Source of the DNA: Candidatus Methylomirabilis sp.
GTDB taxonomy: Bacteria > Muiribacteriota > Ozemobacteria > Ozemobacterales > Ozemobacteraceae
Direction: 5' to 3'
NCBI GenBank assembly: GCA_020722725.1
Contig: DYKG01000002.1
Coordinates: 28,851 to 92,850, forward strand
DNA length: 64,000 nucleotides
In this document: positions 29,788 to 39,256 of the stretch, piece after piece
Layout: each line of letters starts with the position of its first letter
Numbering within the stretch: the first letter of the stretch is position 1
Translations under genes and position numbers: made by a program
The notes under the pieces: model-generated
Told to the model about the DNA's origin: nothing
The model's database searches: none
What the model saw: only the letters and a program-made list of their open reading frames with translations

Positions 29788-30086
29788 TTGATTATTTTCC
29801 CTTTATCTTTAATCAATTCATTTTCTTTGGTGAACTCAGTTCTGGTTTCAACCGAAAATACATGAGAAGGAGGCTTTGAATATCTGATTTTCCGAATTGG
29901 TCGTGCAACACCTGGAACTTTCGAATCAAGATAAGGCTCAGAGCTTTTTTGCGTGGAAATTTTCGCCGGATTATCAATATTAACGATGGTTTTCGGACTT
30001 TTTTCGGAAAAATGGTGCAGCAAAGAAAGTACGGTAGACATGACTACTACGACCGAAAGAACAATTAACCATCTTGCCTGATCCAT
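29784..30086 (-). CDS. Small single-pass membrane protein within the pseudopilin cassette
   Basis: The 100-aa protein has an N-terminal TM (WLIVLSVVVVMSTVLSLL). Its start overlaps the upstream stop and its stop overlaps the downstream start. Confidence 0.5.
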   Translation of the reverse strand: MDQARWLIVLSVVVVMSTVLSLLHHFSEKSPKTIVNIDNPAKISTQKSSEPYLDSKVPGVARPIRKIRYSKPPSHVFSVETRTEFTKENELIKDKGKIIK

Positions 30087-32500
30087 CAGAAAGTTTTGCC
30101 TCCAGCATTGACGCTATACATGGTTTTTACTGGCCCGATGCTTACGTGGTAAGGATCAAGTTTTTCACCATCTACCTCGGCAGCCGGGTCATAGATCAAT
30201 GGGTCGTGTTGAATAATCAGCCAGCCGCCATCGGCCAGACCATTTCCTGATGAATCGTGAGTATAGAGATAATCGACCAGAAGATTACCCAAGATTTTCA
30301 CCTTTGACTGCCCGGTTAAAATCAAGGTTCCCATCCTGGTTGGGTCGGTGGTTCCAAATGGGTAAGAGAATGCTGCCAGTGAAGCGTGAATTTCTGCGGT
30401 ATCGTATTCAGACCTGATTATGAACTTGCCGTCACGCAGATATATTCTGAGAGTATCATTGCGACCGTCAAGCCTTTTGAGGTCACTGACGAAACAATTT
30501 CCACGACCAAGATAAATCATGCCCTTGCCGTAAAATTGATTCACTTTACTCAAATCAAGATCGCCTTCTTCGATATAAATACAACCATCGACAAACATTG
30601 TGTCTTTGCCGTCATATTCTCTAATTCTATGTTCTACGAATATTTCGGTATTGGGGTAATTCCAGCTGACGGTTTTGAAGTCAATCAACCTTCCGAAATT
30701 GACTGCACTTATGTTTGAACCGCCTGGTTGTAATGGTTCGGTAGTGTTGGGATGGCCAAGAATTGTGGTGCTGGTGGTAATTTCATTGCCATCACCATCA
30801 AAAATAGAAATGCTGTCACCCATAAGCGCATTTATCGAAACATTATCGACTGCGCGACTCATCAGAAATTCTTCTTTATGTAGTCCGGAAAAAGGAACCG
30901 GAGCGCCGAGCTTTGTGTTCAAAAAATTATTGGTATCTTTATCATAGCGATAAAATCGCAACGGCACTGTTTCTGGCTCTATGTTAGCATTACCCCTGAA
31001 AAATTCAATTGTTTGACTGAAAGTATCAAGAAAGCCAATTTTAAAAAATCTTAAAAAGACCGGGCCTTCAACAAACAGCTTATTCTTACAGTCGCTGCCA
31101 TACAGCATCGGCATTTTTCCGACTCTGACCCGCTCAGGGTTATAATCATCACCATCTTTTTTTTCAAGGTATTCGGCAAAATAAGCACCCTTGTCATTAA
31201 GTTCGGCGGTTGGAGAAGCCAGACCTCCGAATGCGAGAGCGGTAGCCCAGGCTCTGGGGGCCGGCAGGTCGGGCAGGCTCAAATTTTCAAGATTCCAGAT
31301 TGAATTTGCGTCGGTGAAACCATAGGTGTAGGGCCACTTCGAAATGCATGTATTAAGTATTTTTTTGAATCCGGCGCAATCTTTATAAATTCCAACATTA
31401 CCAGACATCTTGAAATTATCGTGAAAATCCTGGCAGATTTCATAGGCGGCAGCATTGCTGTTAGACGCATCCATAGCCTTCTTGCACAACTCTTTAAGTT
31501 TCTGCTTTGTTTCTTTTGAAGGTTTTGAATTGCCAAGACACCCGTCAGCGGCCTGATTCACGAACTTTTCATACAGTGCAATTACTGCCCTGACCTGATA
31601 AAACTGGCTAACTGAGATTCCAGTAAGGCTTGCAAAAGGATAGGAATTTGAAAAGAAAAGACACTCAGGCATATCGCCACCGGCAAATGCCTTCAGACCA
31701 GAATATCCGGTTATCCTGGCAAAATTAGGGAGTTTTGAAGATTCTTCAAAAAACAGGTCAAACAATAAATGTTTTTGAACCTCAGCACATTTGGGATAAT
31801 TATGGTTCCCTAGAAAGGCGTGAGACATAAAAGGGCCATCTGCAGGGATTCCCTCTATCAATATACGACGTTTCGGATGGTTATAGCTGGGGCCAAAATT
31901 CTTGACAAAAAGAGCATAACGGTCGAAGCGGTGACGCAGGTCAACCAGTCTTACATCGCGACGCTCGCGAACCTCGATCATATTTTCTTCCGCGCCATCC
32001 AGGTAAGCCTGAGAAATCACATCCAGATAGGCATTGAATGCAAGAACCGACTTCGCCGGAGCCTCACGATAAGCAGTCAAGGTTGCCCGGCTTTTAATCA
32101 CCAGATTATAACCAGCATTGTTGGCAATTTCCAAAGTCTGCTGTGGCGCGAAGTTCGACAGCAGAACGATTTCGGTATTTAAGCCAGGCGCTGTGCCGCC
32201 TGAATCAGGGAAAACGGAACGAAGCCTGGCAAAAATCCGGGAGTCGAGAGCATAATTGGCATTGCTGCGAATAATTGCAACAACCTCAGCATTTGCGGAC
32301 TGGGCCAATAAAGTGAGGCGGTTCTGGTCGACATTTTTGGCCAACTGGGTAACCGTTCCGCTTTTCAGGCTGTTCAGGGCAAAGGCAAGAATTGCCAACG
32401 CAAGTAGCACTGTGATGACAATGTATAGAATAAAACCACTTCTATGCTGTGTACTCAAGAATCTGCCCATAACTTTGATTTTAAAACAATTCACCGGCAA
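30086..32500 (-). CDS. Giant (about 800 aa) GspK-like minor pseudopilin/membrane-anchored surface protein
   Basis: The N-terminus ...MGRFLSTQHRSGFILYIVITVLLALAILAFALNSL resembles the GspK hydrophobic N-terminus and lacks E at +5. An alternative start is at 32470. No good Shine-Dalgarno sequence precedes either start. Confidence 0.55.
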   Translation of the reverse strand: MPVNCFKIKVMGRFLSTQHRSGFILYIVITVLLALAILAFALNSLKSGTVTQLAKNVDQNRLTLLAQSANAEVVAIIRSNANYALDSRIFARLRSVFPDSGGTAPGLNTEIVLLSNFAPQQTLEIANNAGYNLVIKSRATLTAYREAPAKSVLAFNAYLDVISQAYLDGAEENMIEVRERRDVRLVDLRHRFDRYALFVKNFGPSYNHPKRRILIEGIPADGPFMSHAFLGNHNYPKCAEVQKHLLFDLFFEESSKLPNFARITGYSGLKAFAGGDMPECLFFSNSYPFASLTGISVSQFYQVRAVIALYEKFVNQAADGCLGNSKPSKETKQKLKELCKKAMDASNSNAAAYEICQDFHDNFKMSGNVGIYKDCAGFKKILNTCISKWPYTYGFTDANSIWNLENLSLPDLPAPRAWATALAFGGLASPTAELNDKGAYFAEYLEKKDGDDYNPERVRVGKMPMLYGSDCKNKLFVEGPVFLRFFKIGFLDTFSQTIEFFRGNANIEPETVPLRFYRYDKDTNNFLNTKLGAPVPFSGLHKEEFLMSRAVDNVSINALMGDSISIFDGDGNEITTSTTILGHPNTTEPLQPGGSNISAVNFGRLIDFKTVSWNYPNTEIFVEHRIREYDGKDTMFVDGCIYIEEGDLDLSKVNQFYGKGMIYLGRGNCFVSDLKRLDGRNDTLRIYLRDGKFIIRSEYDTAEIHASLAAFSYPFGTTDPTRMGTLILTGQSKVKILGNLLVDYLYTHDSSGNGLADGGWLIIQHDPLIYDPAAEVDGEKLDPYHVSIGPVKTMYSVNAGGKTF

Positions 32501-32566
32501 AGTAAAAGCATTTTACCAACGCCTTAAGATCTCCGGCAATCTTATGCAGTCAAAAACACAAATCAT

Positions 32567-32594
32567 TTGCAGACAATCCGGGATATGCTAGAAT
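32567..32594 (+). promoter_or_regulatory. Candidate sigma70 promoter TTGCAG-16-TAGAAT upstream of the 32623 gene
   Basis: Near-consensus hexamers sit in the divergent intergenic region, about 28 nt upstream of the ATG. Confidence 0.4.
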
Positions 32595-32622
32595 ATGCCG
32601 GATAACAAATTTGGGGGACGAC

Positions 32623-34029
32623 ATGAACAAAACTTTGCGAATTGGAAGCCTTGCAATTATTCTATTGATTTTTTCCGGTGCACTGGTTTTTGCTGAAAAG
32701 GCAAGCGTTACCAACACTCAAGATGCTCAGACAAATTCTGCCGGACGAGTTCTGATCGCCTTCAAGGCTGAGCGCATCGGCAAATTTCTGGCTGAGCCGG
32801 GCAATGTTCCAATAGAATTCCTTCGAAGAGCAGGCAGGGAAATTAACAAAAACTGGCCTGCAGACGAAAAATACATAGAAGCCGCATCGGTTTTTGAACA
32901 AGAAAATTTTGGCGAGAAAAACTTTCTTAAGGCAAAAAAATTTATTGAGCTGAGCTCCGGGCAACAAAAAGACGCCAAAGCCATTATCGACCGCTATTCT
33001 TCTGAAGCAGACGAACTGTTACAGGAAATCAAACCCGACGAAAGTTGTATTCTGATGAAAATGGCGGCAGAAACAGACCCGATAATCGATCTTTTGAAGA
33101 GTCTTATCGAAAGGAAACAAAATATCGGAAGCTTGAAAGAAGACCAGATTTATAAAATCCAGCATCAGATTTTGCCGATGCTTGAATGCTCTGATTATTT
33201 GATTGGAGCTGCGATCCTTTCCAATCAGGGGTTTGAAGCAAGACTCAGAATAAAAAGCCTGAGTGGGCGCCTCGCTGACCCAAGAATCAGCCATTCGATA
33301 AGTATTGGCAAGTTTATTAATAATGACGCGCTGATGGTTTTTGCCCAAACCCATCCAATTGAAGACCCCTCCGAGATTATGAAAGGCATGCTGGAAATTC
33401 CCCAGACGTTGACGGTTATTTCGATGGTAGCCTCAGCCGGCCTTGATTTTGAAAAAGATCTGCTCGCCAACAGCGCCCGCGAAAGCATTTTTTACGTTAA
33501 TCTTGAACCGGCAGAAGATTCCGGGGTACCCGACCTTCGTTTTGTAGCTCCCGTTCCAGACATCAAGAAGCTTGAAAACAATCTTGAAAAGCTCAAAACT
33601 CTTTGCGTTCAGAGCGGAATTTTTGTAAAAAATCTTGAAGGAAAGACCCCTGGAGTAAGGCTCAGCCATTTTATGTTTCCCCAATATGGCATTTTTGCAG
33701 CTATTTTCGATGAATTTATTGTTCTGGCATCAGCTGAAGAGAATCTATATGATGAAATTGATTTTCTACGATCCGTAAAGGCAGGCAAAACCGCCTCAGA
33801 TTTTTCCACCGAAAATCTGCAGAGATTCTGGCGCATCAACTTCAGCAATTTCAATTTACAGCTGCAAAAACTGCTGCAGTCGCCACTCATGGCAGACAAA
33901 GGAGTGCCACCCATACCCAATCTGGCATTTCTTGACGATCTTGATGATATGAAAATTCTTACAAGGCTTGAGCCTGATCGATTAGACCTTTCTGTGTTGT
34001 TACCGATTAGAGAAAACAAAGAAAAGTAG
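32623..34029 (+). CDS. Secreted protein of unknown function
   Basis: An ATG at 32623 is preceded by GGGGGA. A signal peptide is present (MNKTLRIGSLAIILLIFSGALVFA). The ORF-track TTG start at 32611 is less likely. Confidence 0.55.
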   Translation: MNKTLRIGSLAIILLIFSGALVFAEKASVTNTQDAQTNSAGRVLIAFKAERIGKFLAEPGNVPIEFLRRAGREINKNWPADEKYIEAASVFEQENFGEKNFLKAKKFIELSSGQQKDAKAIIDRYSSEADELLQEIKPDESCILMKMAAETDPIIDLLKSLIERKQNIGSLKEDQIYKIQHQILPMLECSDYLIGAAILSNQGFEARLRIKSLSGRLADPRISHSISIGKFINNDALMVFAQTHPIEDPSEIMKGMLEIPQTLTVISMVASAGLDFEKDLLANSARESIFYVNLEPAEDSGVPDLRFVAPVPDIKKLENNLEKLKTLCVQSGIFVKNLEGKTPGVRLSHFMFPQYGIFAAIFDEFIVLASAEENLYDEIDFLRSVKAGKTASDFSTENLQRFWRINFSNFNLQLQKLLQSPLMADKGVPPIPNLAFLDDLDDMKILTRLEPDRLDLSVLLPIRENKEK

Positions 34030-34092
34030 ATTAAAAAAAAGATTTTATGGTATACATAACATTACAGTTCTAATATGGGAGACATACCATCG

Positions 34093-35052
34093 ATGAGGAA
34101 AACAAAGCTGCCAGTTATTTTAATGGTTCTGGCCATTGTCGCAATCTTTACCGGATGCGGCAGCGAACCAAAGAAACCAGATCAGCAGGCGCAACAACCT
34201 GCCACAGCAGAAGCCTTACCCAACAAGATTGCTGAAGGCGTCTCTCCATATTCCAATCAAGTGCTGAAACTTGGCCGCATCCCCTTCACCAATCCCACCG
34301 CAATGGTGCAGAAACATAACAAATTTCTTGAGTATCTAACTCGAAAACTCGGGGTCAAGCAGGTAAGACTACAGACCGCACCTGATTATAACGGCATTCT
34401 GAACCTACTGGTTAAAGGCGAAATAGATATTGCCTGGCTTGCCAGCAACATTTCAGCAGAAGCAAGAAACAACCCTGATATACAGTTTCTGGTGAAGCCT
34501 ATCAGATTTGGCACAGACTCTTACCGCGGCATCATTATAGCTCGCCAGGACAGTGGAATTCGCACTTTAACCGATCTCAAAGGCAAAAAATTCGCCTGGG
34601 TGGAAAAAGAGTCCGCATCTGGTTACACATTTCCCAAATCTCTGCTGCTTGAAGCCGGCGTTGATCCAGAAAAAGACTTTGCTGAAGCAGATTTTCTTGG
34701 AAAACACGACGTTGTCGTTCTTAACGTCCTGCTTGGAAAATATGATGCCGGCGCCTGTTATGATGACGCAAGAAAAACTTTGCGCGACAAAGCCAAGGCC
34801 GATGAACTGACAATTCTTGCCACAACTCAGGATATTTCAAATGAACCAATTGTATGCAGAAAAAACCTGCCCCCGGATCTTATCGAGAAAATCAAGCAGG
34901 CGCTTCTGGAGCTGAATAACAAAACCCCCGAAGGTCGCGAAATTACCGATGACCTGACCGATGTTCAGGGTTTTGTTCCAGCAAACTTCAAAGATTACGA
35001 TTACATCGAAAAAGTCCAGAAACTTCTGGAAGAATATAGCAAGCGAAAGTAG
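34093..35052 (+). CDS. PhnD/SsuA-type periplasmic substrate-binding lipoprotein (phosphonate-ABC-like SBP), no adjacent permease or ATPase
   Basis: A GGGAGA ribosome-binding site precedes the start. The lipobox is IFTGC. The fold motif GRIPFTNPTAMVQKHNKFLEYL...GEIDIAWL is typical of the PhnD family. Confidence 0.65.
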   Translation: MRKTKLPVILMVLAIVAIFTGCGSEPKKPDQQAQQPATAEALPNKIAEGVSPYSNQVLKLGRIPFTNPTAMVQKHNKFLEYLTRKLGVKQVRLQTAPDYNGILNLLVKGEIDIAWLASNISAEARNNPDIQFLVKPIRFGTDSYRGIIIARQDSGIRTLTDLKGKKFAWVEKESASGYTFPKSLLLEAGVDPEKDFAEADFLGKHDVVVLNVLLGKYDAGACYDDARKTLRDKAKADELTILATTQDISNEPIVCRKNLPPDLIEKIKQALLELNNKTPEGREITDDLTDVQGFVPANFKDYDYIEKVQKLLEEYSKRK

Positions 35053-35066
35053 CAGCAATACAGTAA

Positions 35067-36872
35067 TTGGAGAAGTCGGTACCACGAACAAGGTTTTCAC
35101 TGAAAATTAAGTTTACCATTGGCATTGCACTGCTGGTAGGCCTGATTATTCTTCTGACCTCGCTCAACACTTCAATGCGAGAAGAAACCCTGCTTTCTAC
35201 AAGCATGGATCAGTCAGGCATTCTACTTTCTTCAACGCTTGCAATTGCCTGCCAGGATCCTATTATCAGCCAATCTTACGATGCCCTGATTCCCTATACC
35301 GAACGATTGATCTCTGGCGGTGAAGACGTTCACGAAATTTCAATTCTCGACATTGATGGCAAATATCTCGCTCATCGAATACGCGGCGATGCCGAAAGTC
35401 GACTGGGTCAGAATATCAGTGAAGCTTTGCGACTGAAAATAGAAGAAATACAAAGCCCCACCAGAATTCCCGCTGAAGATCAACATTACGTAGATTACGT
35501 GGCACCCATCAAGGTAGGAACATCAAAATTTGGGACAGTCATTCTGCGATTCAGTTTTGACCGTCTGATTGAGTCCAAGTCAACCAGTCGCAAACGCATT
35601 ATTCTCATCGGTATGGTTGCGTTACTTGCCGGTATTATTCTGTCAATTGTATTGGCTCAGTTCATTACCAAAGGTCTTGACTACCTGATTCAGGGCACTC
35701 AGGCCATCGAAAAGGGTGATCTGGCTTACCGAATAAAAACTTCGTCAAATGACGAAATTGGAACCCTTGCCTTCAGATTCAATGAAATGCTCGACGCCCT
35801 CGAATCGAACAATAAAGCTCTTGACCGCAAGATTTTTGAAATTGAAACTCTATTCAAAGCCAGTCAGGCCATGAATTTTCAAAGTGATACCGACAAACTG
35901 ATCAAACAAATTTTGGAGATGGCAGGCAGAGCCATTAGAGCCGAGCGCTGCTCGATAATGCTGCAAACCAGTGCGGGAGCAGAAGAACTTGAAACCAAAA
36001 TAGTTTTTGGCTTAGGAAATGGCCAGAGCATAGAAAACGTAAAATCTGCGATCAGAATCAAATCCGGTGAAGGGATTGCCGGAACCGTTCTTAAAACAGG
36101 AAGCAGTCTGATCGTAAATGATGGCCATCGCGATCCCCTTTTCAAAAGCTTTGACAGCACATCTGATCATGAAAAAACAATCAGGAATCTGATTTCGGTT
36201 CCACTTAAGATTAAAGATCGGGTAACCGGGGTAATTAACGGAACCAACAAGCTTAACAACGAATCTTTCACAGAAGAAGATCAGAGACTTCTTGAAGCAT
36301 TGGCACAACAGGCCGCAATGGCAGTTGAGCATGCCCGCTTGTATGAACTGGCAATTACCGATGGTTTAACCAAGCTGTTCATCCATCGTTATTTCCAGGC
36401 ACGCCTTGAAGAAGAGATGGCTCGCGCAAAGCGATACCATACCGCATGCTCACTGGTTCTTTTCGACATCGACCACTTCAAGAAATTCAACGATACTTAC
36501 GGACATCAGCAGGGTGACATCGTTTTGATCGAGGTTGCCAAACTGATTAAACTTGCGGTTCGCGATACTGTAGATATTCCTGCCCGATACGGCGGCGAAG
36601 AATTTGCGATTATTCTTCCCGAAACTGATGCAAAGGGTGCTCTGCTGGTCGCCGAAAGACTTCGCAAAACCGTCGAGTCCTTTGACTTCCCTGGCCAGGA
36701 ACAGGCTTTGAAAGTCACTATTTCACTCGGTGTTGCCACTTTCCCAGACCACGCCAGTGTTAAGAGTGTTCTGATCAAAAAGGCCGATATGGCACTTTAC
36801 GAGTGCAAAAGTCGAGGCAGAAACTGCTCTTTCATCTTTGATGACAGCATCTCAGGTATCGGCGAACACTGA
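35067..36872 (+). CDS. Membrane-anchored HAMP-GAF-GGDEF diguanylate cyclase
   Basis: An N-terminal TM and periplasmic region precede a second TM. A HAMP domain (IGTLAFRFNEMLDALE), a GAF domain and a GGDEF domain with an intact RYGGEEF motif follow. Confidence 0.85.
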   Translation: MEKSVPRTRFSLKIKFTIGIALLVGLIILLTSLNTSMREETLLSTSMDQSGILLSSTLAIACQDPIISQSYDALIPYTERLISGGEDVHEISILDIDGKYLAHRIRGDAESRLGQNISEALRLKIEEIQSPTRIPAEDQHYVDYVAPIKVGTSKFGTVILRFSFDRLIESKSTSRKRIILIGMVALLAGIILSIVLAQFITKGLDYLIQGTQAIEKGDLAYRIKTSSNDEIGTLAFRFNEMLDALESNNKALDRKIFEIETLFKASQAMNFQSDTDKLIKQILEMAGRAIRAERCSIMLQTSAGAEELETKIVFGLGNGQSIENVKSAIRIKSGEGIAGTVLKTGSSLIVNDGHRDPLFKSFDSTSDHEKTIRNLISVPLKIKDRVTGVINGTNKLNNESFTEEDQRLLEALAQQAAMAVEHARLYELAITDGLTKLFIHRYFQARLEEEMARAKRYHTACSLVLFDIDHFKKFNDTYGHQQGDIVLIEVAKLIKLAVRDTVDIPARYGGEEFAIILPETDAKGALLVAERLRKTVESFDFPGQEQALKVTISLGVATFPDHASVKSVLIKKADMALYECKSRGRNCSFIFDDSISGIGEH

Positions 36873-36877
36873 GTTGA

Positions 36878-37960
36878 ATGAAAACCGACCAACAGCAGCA
36901 AAGCCTTGATTGGCTTGATTCACCGTCTTTGCCGTTTAAACCAGTTCTTCAGACTGCTGCAAGCGACAATGAACTCGCTCAATTCATTCACCCGGTAAAA
37001 ATCGGGTCGGTTACCCTGCCAAACAATCTAATCCTGGCTCCGATGGCTGGAGTTACTGATGGTTCTTTCAGACTGCTCTGTGCCAGACTTGGTGTCGGAT
37101 TCACCGTCTCTGAACTGGCCAGCGCCAAAGCCATTTCCATGCGTAGCCGACAGAGCATAAACCTGGTAAGATTTCAGGCTCAGGCTCGACCTTACGCAGC
37201 ACAGCTATTTGGAGCCGATATCGATAATATGGTAACTGCAGCTCAGATAATTGAAGAATTGCAGGTTTGCGACATCATCGACATCAATATGGGATGTCCT
37301 GTTCCAAAAGTTGTAAAAACCGGCGCAGGTTCAGCGCTGATGAATACGCCTGAACTGGCAGGACTCATAGTATCAGCAGTCAAGGCTGCAGTTAAGGTTC
37401 CTGTTACGGTTAAATGCCGAATCGGCTGGAGTAAAAACAGCATCTATGTCAAAGATTTTGTAAAAAGGATGGTTGACTCAGGAGCTGATGCAGTTACCGT
37501 CCATGCTCGAACCAGGCAAGCCGGGTACACCGGCCCCGCAGAATGGCAGTATCTTGAGGGCATCAGCGAAATCTGCGGCAATGTTCCTTTTTTTGCCAAC
37601 GGTGATATCAGCCAGCCCAACCACATTCGCGAATTGCATCAGCTTACCGGTTGCAGCGGTTATATGATTGGCAGAGGCTGCCTGGGGCAACCATGGCTGT
37701 TTGCCGAACTGCTTGGGCACCACCTATTCTCTGACCCTCACACCAGATATTTGATTTTTCGCCACCATCTTCTCGACATGTTGATGGAAATTGGGCCAAA
37801 AGCTGTTCCTCTATTCAGGGTACACCTGTTTAACTATCTGAAAGGGCATGCAAACGCTGCACGTGCAAGGCATCTGCTCAGTGAAGAGCGAGACCCGCAT
37901 CGAATTTTTGCCACCGGAAAAGCTCTTTTTTATAATGAAACTCTTCCGGGAATCGTTTAA
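36878..37960 (+). CDS. tRNA-dihydrouridine synthase (DusB-like) with about 35-aa N-terminal extension
   Basis: PVKIGSVTLPNNLILAPMAGVTD is the Dus N-terminal motif, and a TIM-barrel region with a flavin-binding Cys follows. Confidence 0.85.
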   Translation: MKTDQQQQSLDWLDSPSLPFKPVLQTAASDNELAQFIHPVKIGSVTLPNNLILAPMAGVTDGSFRLLCARLGVGFTVSELASAKAISMRSRQSINLVRFQAQARPYAAQLFGADIDNMVTAAQIIEELQVCDIIDINMGCPVPKVVKTGAGSALMNTPELAGLIVSAVKAAVKVPVTVKCRIGWSKNSIYVKDFVKRMVDSGADAVTVHARTRQAGYTGPAEWQYLEGISEICGNVPFFANGDISQPNHIRELHQLTGCSGYMIGRGCLGQPWLFAELLGHHLFSDPHTRYLIFRHHLLDMLMEIGPKAVPLFRVHLFNYLKGHANAARARHLLSEERDPHRIFATGKALFYNETLPGIV

Positions 37961-37984
37961 AAAATTCATTGATCTGCCGATTGA

Positions 37985-38013
37985 TTGACTCACCGAAGCT
38001 ACAATGCTAGTAT
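37985..38013 (+). promoter_or_regulatory. Candidate sigma70 promoter TTGACT-17-TAGTAT upstream of the cNMP/MCP gene
   Basis: Near-consensus hexamers lie about 34 nt upstream of ATG 38047, and an AGGAG ribosome-binding site is at 38035. Confidence 0.45.
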
Positions 38014-38046
38014 GTAAGATACTTTTCAGCCGTTGCAGGAGAAATA

Positions 38047-38733
38047 ATGTCGTCGGAAATTGATAAAATTCAGTTTCTCAGGCAGGTTGCCCTATTCAGA
38101 AGCCTAACTGACAAGACCTTGCTTGACCTTTCCGCAATTACCATTGAGCAGACCATTCCTGCGAAAACCACGGTGTTTAAAGAAGGCGACAAAGGCGATG
38201 CCCTTTTTATAATTAAAGCAGGCAAGGTAAATGTTCTTAAACGCAACAGTGCGGGCATCGACTCTGTTCTGGTATCACTTGGAAAAGGCGCGGTTATTGG
38301 TGACATGGCAATCATCGATGAGCAGCCAAGATCGGCTTCGATTGCCACAATTCAGGAAACGACCTTTCTCATTATAACCAAAGATGATTTTCGTAATCTC
38401 CTGGGTGAAATACCGGAAATTTCTTTTCAGATTCTAAAACTGACCACCGAACGTCTGCGTGCGACAAACAATCATTTAAAAGAGCTCGAAGCCTCGACCA
38501 ACCAGATGGAAGACGTCATCCGGGTTATTACCAAGATTGCCCGTAAAAGCAACCTTCTTTCACTCAACGCTTCAATTGAAGCCGCGCGGGTTGGAGAAGC
38601 AGGCCGCGCCTTTTCAGTTGTTGCATCTGAAATGAAAAAACTGGCTGAAGACTCGGCTCAGGAAGCCAAAAAAATCGACACGCTGCTACAGGAACTTCAG
38701 ACTAAAACAAAAGCAATCGCAGGAATGAAATAG
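38047..38733 (+). CDS. Cyclic-nucleotide-binding domain protein fused to a minimal MCP signalling-domain hairpin tip
   Basis: The N-terminal region (about 120 aa) is a CAP/cNMP-binding fold ([18 protein letters not shown]...[15 protein letters not shown]). The C-terminal 90 aa carry [32 protein letters not shown], the near-invariant MCP tip. Confidence 0.75.
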   Translation: MSSEIDKIQFLRQVALFRSLTDKTLLDLSAITIEQTIPAKTTVFKEGDKGDALFIIKAGKVNVLKRNSAGIDSVLVSLGKGAVIGDMAIIDEQPRSASIATIQETTFLIITKDDFRNLLGEIPEISFQILKLTTERLRATNNHLKELEASTNQMEDVIRVITKIARKSNLLSLNASIEAARVGEAGRAFSVVASEMKKLAEDSAQEAKKIDTLLQELQTKTKAIAGMK

Positions 38734-38797
38734 CAGGTTGTTTTTTCCGGCAAAAAAGGTTAAGATACAGAGACTAGACCCTGACAGGGAGCATTCA

Positions 38798-39256
38798 ATG
38801 TCTCAATATAAATCACAAGTTCAGAATCAGTTCCTTTCAGTTGCCAGAAAAAAGCATCTCAAAGTTGAAGTAATCCTTGAGACCGGCACAGTTATCCGCG
38901 GCAAGGTTCAGGCTTATGACCAGTTTTCAATTTCTATTTCATTTAAAGACAAAGTTGAAGTAGTTTACAAATCTTCAATTATTTATATTTCAGCATTGCC
39001 ACAACGGCCGATGCCGGCAAGGCGCCCCTCTGGGCCTAGAACCTCTTCGGGCGGTTATCGACCATCTTCAGATTCTCATAGAACCGATGCTCCCAGGCCA
39101 GACTCTTTAATACCTGATACATCGAGACCTGATTCACCAAGGCTCAAAAGAGACTATGCTCCGCCACCACCCAAGAGATCGTTTCCGGATTTTGATGAAG
39201 ATGCTGATCTCAATGATCCACCACCACCGAAAAAGCCGGTTCGCCGCAAGGTTTAA
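38798..39256 (+). CDS. hfq: Hfq-like Sm-fold RNA chaperone with about 80-aa Pro/Ser/Arg-rich C-terminal tail
   Basis: QNQFLSVARKKHLKVEVILETGTVIRGKVQAYDQFSISISFKDKVEVVYKSSIIYISALPQRP aligns with the E. coli Hfq core [60 protein letters not shown]. An ATG at 38798 is preceded by AGGGAG. Confidence 0.65.
   Translation: MSQYKSQVQNQFLSVARKKHLKVEVILETGTVIRGKVQAYDQFSISISFKDKVEVVYKSSIIYISALPQRPMPARRPSGPRTSSGGYRPSSDSHRTDAPRPDSLIPDTSRPDSPRLKRDYAPPPPKRSFPDFDEDADLNDPPPPKKPVRRKV

Noticed and set aside
36541-36600. RxxD allosteric I-site upstream of GGEEF in the diguanylate cyclase
   Set aside because: The sequence reads RDTVD. The spacing does not match the RxxD-5-residue rule cleanly, so no I-site claim is made.
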